The position numbers were made by a program, and so were the translations under genes. This document shows, one piece after another, positions 48,217-57,518 of a DNA stretch of 64,000 bases. How positions within the stretch are numbered: the first letter of the stretch is position 1; every line of letters begins with the position of its first letter. The DNA comes from Treponema sp. (GTDB lineage Bacteria; Spirochaetota; Spirochaetia; Treponematales; Breznakiellaceae): NCBI GenBank assembly GCA_031266875.1, contig JAISAE010000056.1, forward strand, positions 3,630 through 67,629, in the 5' to 3' direction. The notes beneath the pieces were generated by a model. The model was not told where the DNA came from, searched no databases, and saw nothing but the letters and a program-made list of their open reading frames with translations.

Positions 48217-48699
48217 CAACTCCACCTTAGTCAAGGTGAAGTCCACCTGGGGTAGATTGAAGTCCACCTGGGGTAGATTGAAGTCCACCTGGGGTAGATT
48301 GAAGTCCACCTGGGGTAGATTGAACTCCACCTGGGGTAGATTGAAGTCCACCTGGGGTAGATTGAAGTCCACCTGGGGCAAGGTGAACTCCACCTGGAGT
48401 AGATTGAACTCCACCTGGGGCAAGGTGAACTCCACCTGGAGTAGATTGAACTCCACCTGGGGTAGATTGAACTCCACCTGGGGTAGATTGAACTCCACCT
48501 GGAGTAGATTGAACTCCACCTGGCGTAGATTGAAGTCCACCTGGAGTAGATTGAAGTCCACCTGGGGTAGATTGAAGTCCACCTGGGGTAGATTGAAGTC
48601 CACCTGGGGCAAGGTGAACTCCACCTGGAGTAGATTGAACTCCACCTGGGGCAAGGTGAACTCTACCTGGAGTAGATTGAAGTGGATAGTGAATAGGTT
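48217..48699. repeat. Tandem array of 23 units of exactly 21 bp (gaagtccacctggggtagatt, with gaactcc, ggagtagatt and ggggcaaggt variants)
   Basis: I read the units in register at 48217+21k. The first and last units are degenerate. Confidence 0.95.
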
Positions 48700-48813
48700 A
48701 TTGAGACACCAATGTTTCGCTGATCACTATCACTGCTCACTAGTAGATTGGACAGAGGATAGTGAGTAGGTTATTCGTGAAACACCAATGTTTCGCTGAT
48801 CATTACTCACTAA
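48684..48813. repeat. Direct duplication of two copies, 73 bp apart (ggatagtgaRtaggttatt..acaccaatgtttcgctgatca..ctcacta)
   Basis: The copies start at 48684 and 48757. Each copy is preceded by an ..agtagattg.. fragment of the neighbouring 21-bp unit. Confidence 0.8.
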
Positions 48814-48831
48814 TACATATTGGAATAGAAC

Positions 48832-50385
48832 ATGACTGATAAAGAGACAGACGGCGATTTCACGCGGCTGCGGGCGATCCTTGAAATTGGTTCCACCAGT
48901 ATCAGGTTGCTCATTGCGGAGATCGCGGTGGATAGAACATGGCGGGAACTGGATCGTGCGGAAAAGCCCGTGAGCTTGGGGCGGGACGTGTTTACCTCCG
49001 GCAAGGTTTCGAGGGAGTCGTTTCTGGAATGTCTGTCGGTCTTACAGCTTTACCGTGAACTGCTGGTGGGCTGGGGCATTGGCAACATGGATGCGCGGGT
49101 GATCGCCACCAGCGCGTTCCGTGCGGCGCGAAACCGCGACATCATCGTGGATCGTGTGCAGCGGGAAACCGGTTTTCTTATCAACATCGTTGAGGGCATC
49201 GAAGAAAACCGGCTCATGTACCTCGCGGCGCGCTTTGCCCTTAAACATGACCTGCCAAAGTTCTGGCAGTCAAACACTATGATTATTGACATTGGCGGCG
49301 GGTCCACGGAGATTATGCTCCTGCGGCACGGTAACATGGTCGCGGCGCACAGTCTGCATGTTGGCACGATCATCCTTGACGAGCAGGCGCGCCATGTCGG
49401 TGATTTCGAGCGAAACGGCAACCGGTATCTGAACGAGCAGATACGGCACACCGCGTTTTTCTTTGAGATGGATATTACCCATGTCAAAACCCTGATTATG
49501 ACCGGATCAGACGCCCGCGTAGCAGCTGGTTTCATCGGCAGGTGCCTCAATGAGCGGTGCCGGCTCATTGAGCGGGAAGAGTTTGCCGGTTTTGTTGAGA
49601 AGGTGAGGAATTCTTCAATAGAAGAAATCGTCAGGAATCTGCATATCTCGTATACCGATGCCGAAGGCTTTGTACCCGGACTGCTCATGTACCGCCAGTT
49701 CCTCGAACAGACCACAGCAACACAGGTCGTGGTGCCAGACGTGTCTATCCGTGAGGGGCTGCTTATTGATATCGCGCTTGGCGTTGACTCTGAGCTGCAG
49801 GAGGAATTCTACTCCCAGATCATTGCGTCAGCGGCCACACTCGGCAAGAAGTACCGCTGCGATGAGGCGCACAGCCGTGAGGTAACTGACATCAGCCTAT
49901 GGCTCTTTGACGCCCTGTCGCTTGAGCATGGCATGAAGAAACGGGAACGCCGGCTCCTTGAGGTAGCGGCCATGCTCCACGACATTGGTATGTTCATCAC
50001 CGCTGCCGACCATCACAAGCACGGGGCATACATTGTGGCTCATTCCGAAATTTTCGGGCTTCAACGTGATGAACTCGATATTATAGCCGGCGTGATCCGT
50101 TATCATCGGGGGAAAATACCGTCAGACATTGAGGATATTGTGTACCGTATGCTCCCGCGTGGGGATCAGATGCTGGTACTCAAGATGGCAGCCCTGCTCC
50201 GCGTTGCCGACGCCCTTGATCGCGGCCATTCCCAGCAGGTTAAGCTCCTTACGATTGAACGCGCAAATTCGCGTATCGTGCTGCACGTCCAGGGCAATCT
50301 TGACCTGAGCCTTGAGCTTATCGGACTGGAAGAAAAAGCCGATTTGTTTCAGGATGTGTTCGGGTATAAAGTGGTACTCGTGTAA
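48832..50385 (+). CDS. ppx: Ppx/GppA family phosphatase (exopolyphosphatase) with a C-terminal HD domain
   Basis: 517-aa ORF with ..AILEIGSTSIRLLIAE.., ..IIDIGGGSTEI.. and ..AAMLHDIGMF.. Confidence 0.88.
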   Translation: MTDKETDGDFTRLRAILEIGSTSIRLLIAEIAVDRTWRELDRAEKPVSLGRDVFTSGKVSRESFLECLSVLQLYRELLVGWGIGNMDARVIATSAFRAARNRDIIVDRVQRETGFLINIVEGIEENRLMYLAARFALKHDLPKFWQSNTMIIDIGGGSTEIMLLRHGNMVAAHSLHVGTIILDEQARHVGDFERNGNRYLNEQIRHTAFFFEMDITHVKTLIMTGSDARVAAGFIGRCLNERCRLIEREEFAGFVEKVRNSSIEEIVRNLHISYTDAEGFVPGLLMYRQFLEQTTATQVVVPDVSIREGLLIDIALGVDSELQEEFYSQIIASAATLGKKYRCDEAHSREVTDISLWLFDALSLEHGMKKRERRLLEVAAMLHDIGMFITAADHHKHGAYIVAHSEIFGLQRDELDIIAGVIRYHRGKIPSDIEDIVYRMLPRGDQMLVLKMAALLRVADALDRGHSQQVKLLTIERANSRIVLHVQGNLDLSLELIGLEEKADLFQDVFGYKVVLV

Positions 50386-50392
50386 ACAAACC

Positions 50393-52489
50393 ATGAAAAC
50401 AACAAGGCATTTTAACCGGGATTTGTCCTGGATCGATTTTAATGAGCGGGTTCTAGCGGAAGGCTTGCGGCGTGAGCTGCCGCCGATGGAGCGCTTCAGA
50501 TACCTCTCGATAGCTTTTTCTAACTTTGACGAATTCTTCATGATCCGCGTTGCCGGAGTGAAAGCGGCGCGTAACGCGGCGTGGAAAAACAGTGCGCCTG
50601 CGTCTGAACTCCGGGCTACCAATGGGCAGATTCACCGGGGCGCGGAAAAAATACGCTTGATCTTTCATCAGGGGTATGAATGTCTTCAACGCGAAGTGTT
50701 CCCGGCGCTGGCTCTGGGGGGACTTGAGCTTGCGCGGCCTGATTCGTACACAGACGCGGAAAAAGCGCATCTTGAATCGTTTTTTACACGGGACATCTAC
50801 TCGATACTCACGCCTCTGAGAATTGAGGGCGAGCGTTTTCCTCCCATTCAAAGCTATGACTTATACGCGGCGTTTTTACTTACGCGAAAAGGCGAAGACG
50901 CTGAATTCATTTCTGTTATGCAGATTCCCGCGTCTCTGGAGCGGATACTCTGGCTTCCAGCCGCGGGGAAGACGCGCTGGGCATTGTTGGAAGACGTGGT
51001 GATCACGTGGGGAGCGCTCTGCCATCCTGGGTATGAGGCGAAGGAGCGCATGTTGTTCAAGATTAACCGCGACGCGGATGTTTCGGTGGATGAACAGCGC
51101 GACGAGGACTTTATCGAAGCCATGGAAGAGGCGCTGGAACACCGGGGCAGGTCGCGGGTGGTACGCATGGTCTACTCGCCGGGAAGCGTCCGTCTGCGCG
51201 ATGGGCTTGCGCGACGCTTTGAGCTTGGCGAGGATGACCTGTATGAGGTATCCGGCCCGCTTAACTTGGGTGGAATCCGCCTTGCCAACATAAAAGGCTT
51301 TGACAAGATGAAGGAAGCGCCGTGGAAGATATACACGAACCCGGCCTTTGTTGAGGGTGAAAACTTTTGGCAGCGGATAAATCTCTCTGATGTGCTGCTG
51401 CACTTCCCGTATGAATCGTTTGATCCGGTGCTGCGCTTTTTCCGGGAGGCTGCCACTGATCCGGCGGTCATAGCGATTAAGGCGACGCTCTACCGCACCA
51501 GCGGCGATTCGCCTATAGTCCGTGCGCTTGAAGAGGCCGCGCTCAATGGAAAGCAGGTAACGGTGGTTGTGGAACTCAAGGCGCGTTTTGACGAGGTGCG
51601 GAACATTTCATGGGCAAAGGGTCTTGAAAAGGCCGGCGTGATTGTGGTTTACGGCCTGGCGAGGCTCAAGGTACACGCCAAAGTTGCTATAGTCATCCGC
51701 CGTGAGCGCGAGCAGGTCAAACGCTACGTCCATCTCTCCACCGGCAACTACAACGATGGCACGGCGCGTCTGTATGAGGACATCGGTCTCTTCACGGCGC
51801 GGGAGGAGATCGCCTTTGACGCCGGCCTTTTGTTTAACATGATCACCGGCTATTCGGTGATTCAGTCCACACGCTACCTGATTATAGCGCCGTCAGCACT
51901 CAAGCGACGGCTCATTGAGCTTATTGAGCGGGAAGCGCAGCGATCAAGTCAGGAATATCCAGGCCGAATCATGGCGAAGATGAACGCGCTAGCAGACCCA
52001 GACATCATTGACGCGCTGTATTGCGCTTCCGAGTCTGGCGTTAAGATTGACCTCTGTGTTCGGGGCATTTGTATGCTTGTGCCTGGGGTCGCGGGTATGT
52101 CAGAGCATATCCGCGTGGTGAGCGTCATTGACCATTACCTTGAACACTCGCGCATCTGTTATTTTGCTAATGGCGGCGCGGACGAATTGTTTCTTGCCAG
52201 CGCGGACTGGATGCCCCGCAACCTTGAGCGGCGTGTGGAACTGATGTTTCCTATTTTACAGGACGATCTCAAGCGGCGGATTCGCGCAATACTCTCCGCT
52301 TACTTTGAGGACAACACTCATACCCATGAGCTTATGAGCGACGGCACATGGGTATCACGCTCAAGCCAGCGAGGGACTGATGAGAAGCCCTTTCGGGTGC
52401 AGGCTGCTCTGCTTTCCCGCGCACGGGAAAACGCCGAGCGGCCCCTTGCGGCGCGTGAGGAATTCATCGTGCGTCGCGGGCAGATTTAG
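50393..52489 (+). CDS. ppk: Polyphosphate kinase 1
   Basis: MKTTRHFNRDLSWIDFNERVL.. starts at the ATG at 50393. PPK1 sequence is present throughout (..VVVELKARFDE.., ..KVHAKVAIV..). Confidence 0.95.
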   Translation: MKTTRHFNRDLSWIDFNERVLAEGLRRELPPMERFRYLSIAFSNFDEFFMIRVAGVKAARNAAWKNSAPASELRATNGQIHRGAEKIRLIFHQGYECLQREVFPALALGGLELARPDSYTDAEKAHLESFFTRDIYSILTPLRIEGERFPPIQSYDLYAAFLLTRKGEDAEFISVMQIPASLERILWLPAAGKTRWALLEDVVITWGALCHPGYEAKERMLFKINRDADVSVDEQRDEDFIEAMEEALEHRGRSRVVRMVYSPGSVRLRDGLARRFELGEDDLYEVSGPLNLGGIRLANIKGFDKMKEAPWKIYTNPAFVEGENFWQRINLSDVLLHFPYESFDPVLRFFREAATDPAVIAIKATLYRTSGDSPIVRALEEAALNGKQVTVVVELKARFDEVRNISWAKGLEKAGVIVVYGLARLKVHAKVAIVIRREREQVKRYVHLSTGNYNDGTARLYEDIGLFTAREEIAFDAGLLFNMITGYSVIQSTRYLIIAPSALKRRLIELIEREAQRSSQEYPGRIMAKMNALADPDIIDALYCASESGVKIDLCVRGICMLVPGVAGMSEHIRVVSVIDHYLEHSRICYFANGGADELFLASADWMPRNLERRVELMFPILQDDLKRRIRAILSAYFEDNTHTHELMSDGTWVSRSSQRGTDEKPFRVQAALLSRARENAERPLAAREEFIVRRGQI

Positions 52490-53310
52490 CAGTAGTGCTG
52501 CCGAATGCCTTCGCCAATGGCGTGAAAGGCAATGACGGTGAGCATGATCATCAGGCCGGGAAAAAGGGCGCACCACGGCGCGTTAAAGAGAAAGTTCTGC
52601 GACTCCGACAGCATACGCCCCCAGCTTGGCAAGGGCGGCTGTATGCCCAGCCCCAGGTAGCTCATGGTTGCTTCCGCAAGTATGGCGTTGGATAGCCCCA
52701 GCACTGTCGCCGACAGCAGGGATGGAGTGAGGTTTGGCAGAATGTGGACGAAAATGACGCGGAAGTGGGACGCGCCCATCAGCGTTACCATCAGCGCAAA
52801 ATCAGCGTTCTTGTACTGCAGCATACCGGTTCGCATGACGCGGGCGTAACTAGGAATAAACAGAATCAGCAGGGCGATGATGAGAGCGCCCTGGCTCTGC
52901 TGACTATTGCCGCCAAAGGCGTTCATCAGCGAAACCATCACCAGCGCCAGCAAGATGCTCGGAAAGGCGCTCAGCGCGTCCATCAGCCGCATCAGCGCCT
53001 CGTCCCACGCTTTGCCCATGTAGCCGCTCAACAAGCCCAGCGTAGAACCGATGATGGCGCTTCCCAGCACGGTCAACAGAGATACCAGCAAGGTATAGCG
53101 TCCGCCAATCATAACACGGGAAAATATATCCCGGCCAAAGTTGTCAGTACCCATGAGATGAGCCGCCTCCGGTGGCGCAAAACGCCCGGCAGCATTCATG
53201 GCGTTGTAGTCGTAAGGCGTGTAAACAAAGCTGGCGAGGGACAGCGCCACAATGCAGCCTGCCAGCGCCACGCCGAACTTGAAATCAGCGCTCCACCGTT
53301 GTTGTCTCAT
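52486..53310 (-). CDS. Opp/Dpp-type ABC transporter permease (OppC/DppC-like)
   Basis: 274-aa polytopic ORF with ..HLMGTDNFGRDIFSRV.. Its stop codon overlaps the ppk stop. Confidence 0.9.
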   Translation of the reverse strand: MRQQRWSADFKFGVALAGCIVALSLASFVYTPYDYNAMNAAGRFAPPEAAHLMGTDNFGRDIFSRVMIGGRYTLLVSLLTVLGSAIIGSTLGLLSGYMGKAWDEALMRLMDALSAFPSILLALVMVSLMNAFGGNSQQSQGALIIALLILFIPSYARVMRTGMLQYKNADFALMVTLMGASHFRVIFVHILPNLTPSLLSATVLGLSNAILAEATMSYLGLGIQPPLPSWGRMLSESQNFLFNAPWCALFPGLMIMLTVIAFHAIGEGIRQHYC

Positions 53311-54248
53311 TTGACACGGATCCGTGGGTCAATGATCTGGATGGCGATGTCCACAAGGGTATTCGCCAGTACCACGATACACGCAATGTATACAACGAGG
53401 GTCTGGATAAGCGGATAATCACGAGAGGTGATGGACGCGATGAGTAGGCGCCCCAGTCCGGGTATTGTAAACACCTGCTCAATGACAATGCTGCCTGAAA
53501 AAACATCGCCAATGATCATACCCATCAGCGTCAGCGCCGGAATCACGGCGTTTTTCAGCACATGCCGGTACAGCACCAATCGTGGGGTCGCTCCCTTACT
53601 GTATGCCGTGCGAACATAGTCGTTGCGAAGCTGTTGAAAAATTGAACCGCGCAGGAACTTGATCACAATGGCCGCGTTGGGCAAGGCAATCGCCAGCGCC
53701 GGAAACACGAGATAGCCAAGAAACGCGCCTAAATCTTCCTTATAAGAGACATAGTTGCCGGGGACAAAACAACGCAGAATGAGACCAAAGACCCAGATAA
53801 ACAGCACCCCCAGAAAAAAGCCCGGCGCTGAAATGCTGATGGTCGTTAACGTGTTTACCATACGGTCAATGGGCGAATGTTCCTTCACGCTCAGGAGAGC
53901 GACCGGTGTTGCTATCAGAAAAATGGCTATGAGAGACAGGGCTGCCAGCGTAAATGTTACCGGCAGGCGCTCAAGCACAAGGCTAGTGATACTAGTACCG
54001 CGAAAGCGCATTGAATTACCCAGCGAGCCACTCAGGAAACGCCCCAACCACACGACGTACTGTTCAGGCAGGCTCCGGTCAAGCCCCAGCTCCTTCTGTA
54101 GAGCCGCGAGCTGTTCATCAGTCGCCTCAGTACCCAGCATCAGCGACGCAGGGTCTCCGGGAATAACAGCAAAGGCGGCAAAGGTAAGCGCCGACACCAG
54201 AAACAGAGTCAATACCGCAATTACCAGCCGCCTGCCGATAAAGTCCAT
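53307..54248 (-). CDS. Opp/Dpp-type ABC transporter permease (OppB/DppB-like)
   Basis: 313-aa polytopic ORF with ..FAAFAVIPGDP.. and ..DYVRTAYSKGA.. Confidence 0.9.
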   Translation of the reverse strand: MDFIGRRLVIAVLTLFLVSALTFAAFAVIPGDPASLMLGTEATDEQLAALQKELGLDRSLPEQYVVWLGRFLSGSLGNSMRFRGTSITSLVLERLPVTFTLAALSLIAIFLIATPVALLSVKEHSPIDRMVNTLTTISISAPGFFLGVLFIWVFGLILRCFVPGNYVSYKEDLGAFLGYLVFPALAIALPNAAIVIKFLRGSIFQQLRNDYVRTAYSKGATPRLVLYRHVLKNAVIPALTLMGMIIGDVFSGSIVIEQVFTIPGLGRLLIASITSRDYPLIQTLVVYIACIVVLANTLVDIAIQIIDPRIRVK

Positions 54249-54260
54249 GTTTAACGAAAG

Positions 54261-55823
54261 CTACCGTGTCCGATAAATGGTGGAAACGTCAAAGACGTAC
54301 AGTGGATAACTTACAAAACCCGCAAAGCCCTTACGAAAAGCCTTAAACTCAACAATGTCCTGAATGTAAACACTGACAGCGTTATCCGAAATGATCCGTT
54401 GCGACTCTTTATACAGCGCGATTCGCTTCGCCTCATCTACTTCATTTATGGCCTCGCCATAAATCTGGTCAAACATCACATCCTGAAAACTGACGAAGTT
54501 ACTGCTGGCGCTGGAACGGTAGCGGTCCAAGAATCCACGCGGCGACATCACCGAAGCGTCAAGCGAAATCACCGTAGCCTGATACTGCCGCCCCCGATAG
54601 ACATCTGTCAGCCATGTCGCCCAGTCAACCTGCCGGATCGTGGCTTTGACGCCAATTTTAGCAAACTGGTTTATCAGCACCTGCGCGGTGTCAACGTGCA
54701 TCGTGTAGTTGGACGGAACCGTTATTTCCAGCGGGAAGCCATCAGGGTATCCGGCCTCGGCGAGCAGAGACTTTGCGGTATCAATATTGACCGGATACGG
54801 GTTAATCAGACTGGTCTCGTAATACCGTGAGAGTCCAGGAATGATCGGGCTGCCGGACGGCGTTCCTCTGCCGTAAAAGGCAATGTCGATGATTTCCTGC
54901 ACATCAACTGCGTAGTTAAGCGCCTTCCGTACCCGCACATCGTTCAACGGCTCAAGCGCGTTATTCAGCGCCAGCATCTGTACGGCATTCGACGGGCTTT
55001 GCACCAGATCAAACTGCGATGGATTAAGCTGATCAATCAATGCGCCGGTAACAACAGCACCATCAATGTTCCCGCCTTGAAGCGCCGTCAAGAGGGCGTC
55101 AGAATCAGCGGCAAAAATGTACGTTATCTTATCGAGATGCGGAACCCCAGCCTGCCAGTAATAGGGATTCTTCTCCAGTATCAGCGATTGTTGAGTGGTG
55201 TAGCTGGCAATGGAGTAGGGGCCAGTACCAAGAGGCTTGGCCTCACGGTCAGGATTGTTGCGCGGCACAATGCCAAGCGTCAGATAAGGCAGAAACTCAA
55301 CATTCGGCTCATTCAGGGTAACAATAACCCTCTCAGCGCCGCCGTCGCTAAACGTTTCCACCTTTACGATTTGGGTAAAACCGTTGAAGCGAGCCTCAAC
55401 CGCCTTGTTCAGCGTGAATACAACATCCTCGGCGGTGAGCGTAGTACCGTCGTGGAACTTCACACCAGCGCGTAACGTAAAGTTATACACCAGCCCCGCC
55501 TGCTCAACCGCGTAGCTTTCAGCGACTGCCAGCTGGAACCCACCATCGGTACTGGGCTTCACCAGCCCCTCATACACATTAAACAAGATGCTTCGCCCGT
55601 CAGCGGTATTGGCGGAACTGAGCGGATCGAGGGTTGCTGGCTCGGAAGTAACACCGATACGCAGTTCACTACCTGTTGTTGAGACTGCGCCACTTGCGCC
55701 CCGCCCCGACTGAGAGCCTCTCGCATAGCTAACCATAGCGCAACTTACGAGTAACATGAGAATGAGTCCGATGCGTACATACATAGCGTGTGCGTCGAAA
55801 CCTGTCTGTTTCTTCTTTTCCAT
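54261..55823 (-). CDS. ABC transporter substrate-binding lipoprotein, family 5 (peptide/nickel type)
   Basis: The ATG at 55823 follows AAGGAG. A lipobox-like LLVSC is present, with family-5 SBP sequence (..LRIGVTSEPATLDP..). Confidence 0.88.
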   Translation of the reverse strand: MEKKKQTGFDAHAMYVRIGLILMLLVSCAMVSYARGSQSGRGASGAVSTTGSELRIGVTSEPATLDPLSSANTADGRSILFNVYEGLVKPSTDGGFQLAVAESYAVEQAGLVYNFTLRAGVKFHDGTTLTAEDVVFTLNKAVEARFNGFTQIVKVETFSDGGAERVIVTLNEPNVEFLPYLTLGIVPRNNPDREAKPLGTGPYSIASYTTQQSLILEKNPYYWQAGVPHLDKITYIFAADSDALLTALQGGNIDGAVVTGALIDQLNPSQFDLVQSPSNAVQMLALNNALEPLNDVRVRKALNYAVDVQEIIDIAFYGRGTPSGSPIIPGLSRYYETSLINPYPVNIDTAKSLLAEAGYPDGFPLEITVPSNYTMHVDTAQVLINQFAKIGVKATIRQVDWATWLTDVYRGRQYQATVISLDASVMSPRGFLDRYRSSASSNFVSFQDVMFDQIYGEAINEVDEAKRIALYKESQRIISDNAVSVYIQDIVEFKAFRKGFAGFVSYPLYVFDVSTIYRTR

Positions 55824-55974
55824 AAAAAACTCCTTCACAAGTATATTTAGCATAACTGCTGAGGGGACTATAGTGATCCGGGAGGGTTTCTGTCAACGAT
55901 GTTCGTTCATCGTTTAGCGATTTAACATTGATTTAACACATACCTGTCATCTTCATCATTCAACGTCGTGCCTT

Positions 55975-56053
55975 CTGACATTGCCTTAGTCAGCCCGCTG
56001 ACCCTGCCTTAGCCAGCTCTCTGACATTGCCTTAGTCAGCCCGCTGACATTGT
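55975..56053. repeat. 3.4 tandem copies of a 23-bp unit (ctgacattgccttagtcagcccg)
   Basis: Units start at 55975, 55998, 56021 and 56044. Each unit contains a 5-bp inverted repeat, ctgac N9 gtcag. Confidence 0.9.
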
Positions 56054-56111
56054 CAAGGAAGCGTCCGCCTGATACAACGTGTCTATTGTTGGACCCTGCG
56101 CCGCGCAATGC

Positions 56112-56894
56112 TTAGAAGCTGCGGATCGGGCGGACGCAGAAGGTGTAATTTTTACTGCCATAACCCTGAGCGCCATCCTGAAACAACTGACACCACACGT
56201 AGCCATCGTTGTACTGGGATGAACTCCAGTAGTAGTTGTCGGTTAAGGTAACATAACCGTCGGTGTGCAGGTTGCGGTATATAAGGTCAAGCTCATTTTT
56301 ACTGGGCAGGAACCAGTCGGTAAAGCCGCCTTCGTTATATGTTGCGCAGTGCTGGACAGCGCGATTCCGCTCGCCGGCCTGATACATACGATCAAGCAGA
56401 AGCCTACTGTTCTGCTTACCTGTACCAAGTTGAGTACCCGTTCCACTTACATCGGCCCCGTTAAGGCCCCACTGGGTTGACCCCACATCGTAGGAAGCAC
56501 ATTCCAGATAGCGCCAGCCTTCAGAATACTGTTCTTTCACATAGAAGATACGACCACCGCCCGGGCCATAGTCACCTATGGCATACCCAAAGCCCGCGCT
56601 TACCGGCGTGTCAGTCTGGACATCGACCTTGAGCGTTTCCTGCGCCCCGGCATCAAAGTACATCGTAAGCTCATACGTACCAGCGGTATTGACATATACG
56701 ATAGCGCTCCCATTGGCCCGAAGCCGTGTAGCCTCATAGCCATCAATGGAGAGCGTCCCACTCTGTCCCGCATATACCATAATTGCTCCAGCTACAGCTT
56801 TAGGTATAACCTCAATAACGCGAGGATTCGTCTGAGCGAAAGAGAGAACCGATAGCTCTGCCATGAACAGACTTATCGTAACGTATCGTCGCAT
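56112..56894 (-). CDS. Secreted DUF1566 (Lcl C-terminal-like) domain protein
   Basis: It has an N-terminal signal peptide. The C-terminal half has DUF1566-typical sequence (..GWRYLECA.., ..GFTDWFLPSKNELDLIY.., ..YWSSS..). Confidence 0.75.
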   Translation of the reverse strand: MRRYVTISLFMAELSVLSFAQTNPRVIEVIPKAVAGAIMVYAGQSGTLSIDGYEATRLRANGSAIVYVNTAGTYELTMYFDAGAQETLKVDVQTDTPVSAGFGYAIGDYGPGGGRIFYVKEQYSEGWRYLECASYDVGSTQWGLNGADVSGTGTQLGTGKQNSRLLLDRMYQAGERNRAVQHCATYNEGGFTDWFLPSKNELDLIYRNLHTDGYVTLTDNYYWSSSQYNDGYVWCQLFQDGAQGYGSKNYTFCVRPIRSF

Positions 56895-56908
56895 AAGGCG
56901 CTCCGGAT

Positions 56909-57271
56909 TTACCGGTTCCGGCGTTCTTCCGCAGTTTTACACTCAACGCACATAAGCGCGTAGGGCATAACCTCAAGTCGCTCCTGGGGAATACGCTTGC
57001 CGCATTTCATACATAGTCCGTATTTCCCCTGCTGAATCCGCGAAAGGGCTGAATCTATCAGTTTCAGACGCTTGAGTTCCTGAGACCCGATAGCCTCGAT
57101 CATCTTCCGGTCAATATCGTCAGACGCGGCGTCAACCACATCCTTAGGGTCCATCCCCTCCATACTCTCTTTGAAGTCCGCGTTACTGATTATCAGCTTT
57201 GAGATGATGTCCTGTTTCAACTCGTTCAGAGACTTGCTCATTCGTTCCAGAAATTCCTGTTCCATCGGCAT
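56909..57271 (-). CDS. dksA: DksA/TraR family C4-type zinc finger protein
   Basis: 120-aa ORF with a coiled-coil N-terminus and CMKCGKRIPQERLEVMPYALMCVECK. Confidence 0.85.
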   Translation of the reverse strand: MPMEQEFLERMSKSLNELKQDIISKLIISNADFKESMEGMDPKDVVDAASDDIDRKMIEAIGSQELKRLKLIDSALSRIQQGKYGLCMKCGKRIPQERLEVMPYALMCVECKTAEERRNR

Positions 57272-57518
57272 CTGCTCCTTTTAAGGCATGTAAAATAATT
57301 GGCAAACATTGTCGCAACTAGCTACTTTCGTCAAGCCTCTCAAGCAGGTTGTGTGAAAGAGAATCCTCCGCAAAGGGCAGGGTATTAGACCCATCAGTAC
57401 GAATAAGCATTGTATGGAAAAGTCCTCGTATTCTGTATGAAAAGTCGTGGACTTGCACGGAAACAACATATATTCTTACATAGATGTGTATAAACACATA
57501 CCTAACAAGGAGCGTACT

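Noticed and set aside
48181-48769. The ORFs at 48181-48654 (-) and 48236-48769 (+), with LPQVDFN and KSTWGRL heptads.
   Set aside because: This is again an artefact of the 21-bp array. The starts lie inside the repeat units, and no translation signals are present.
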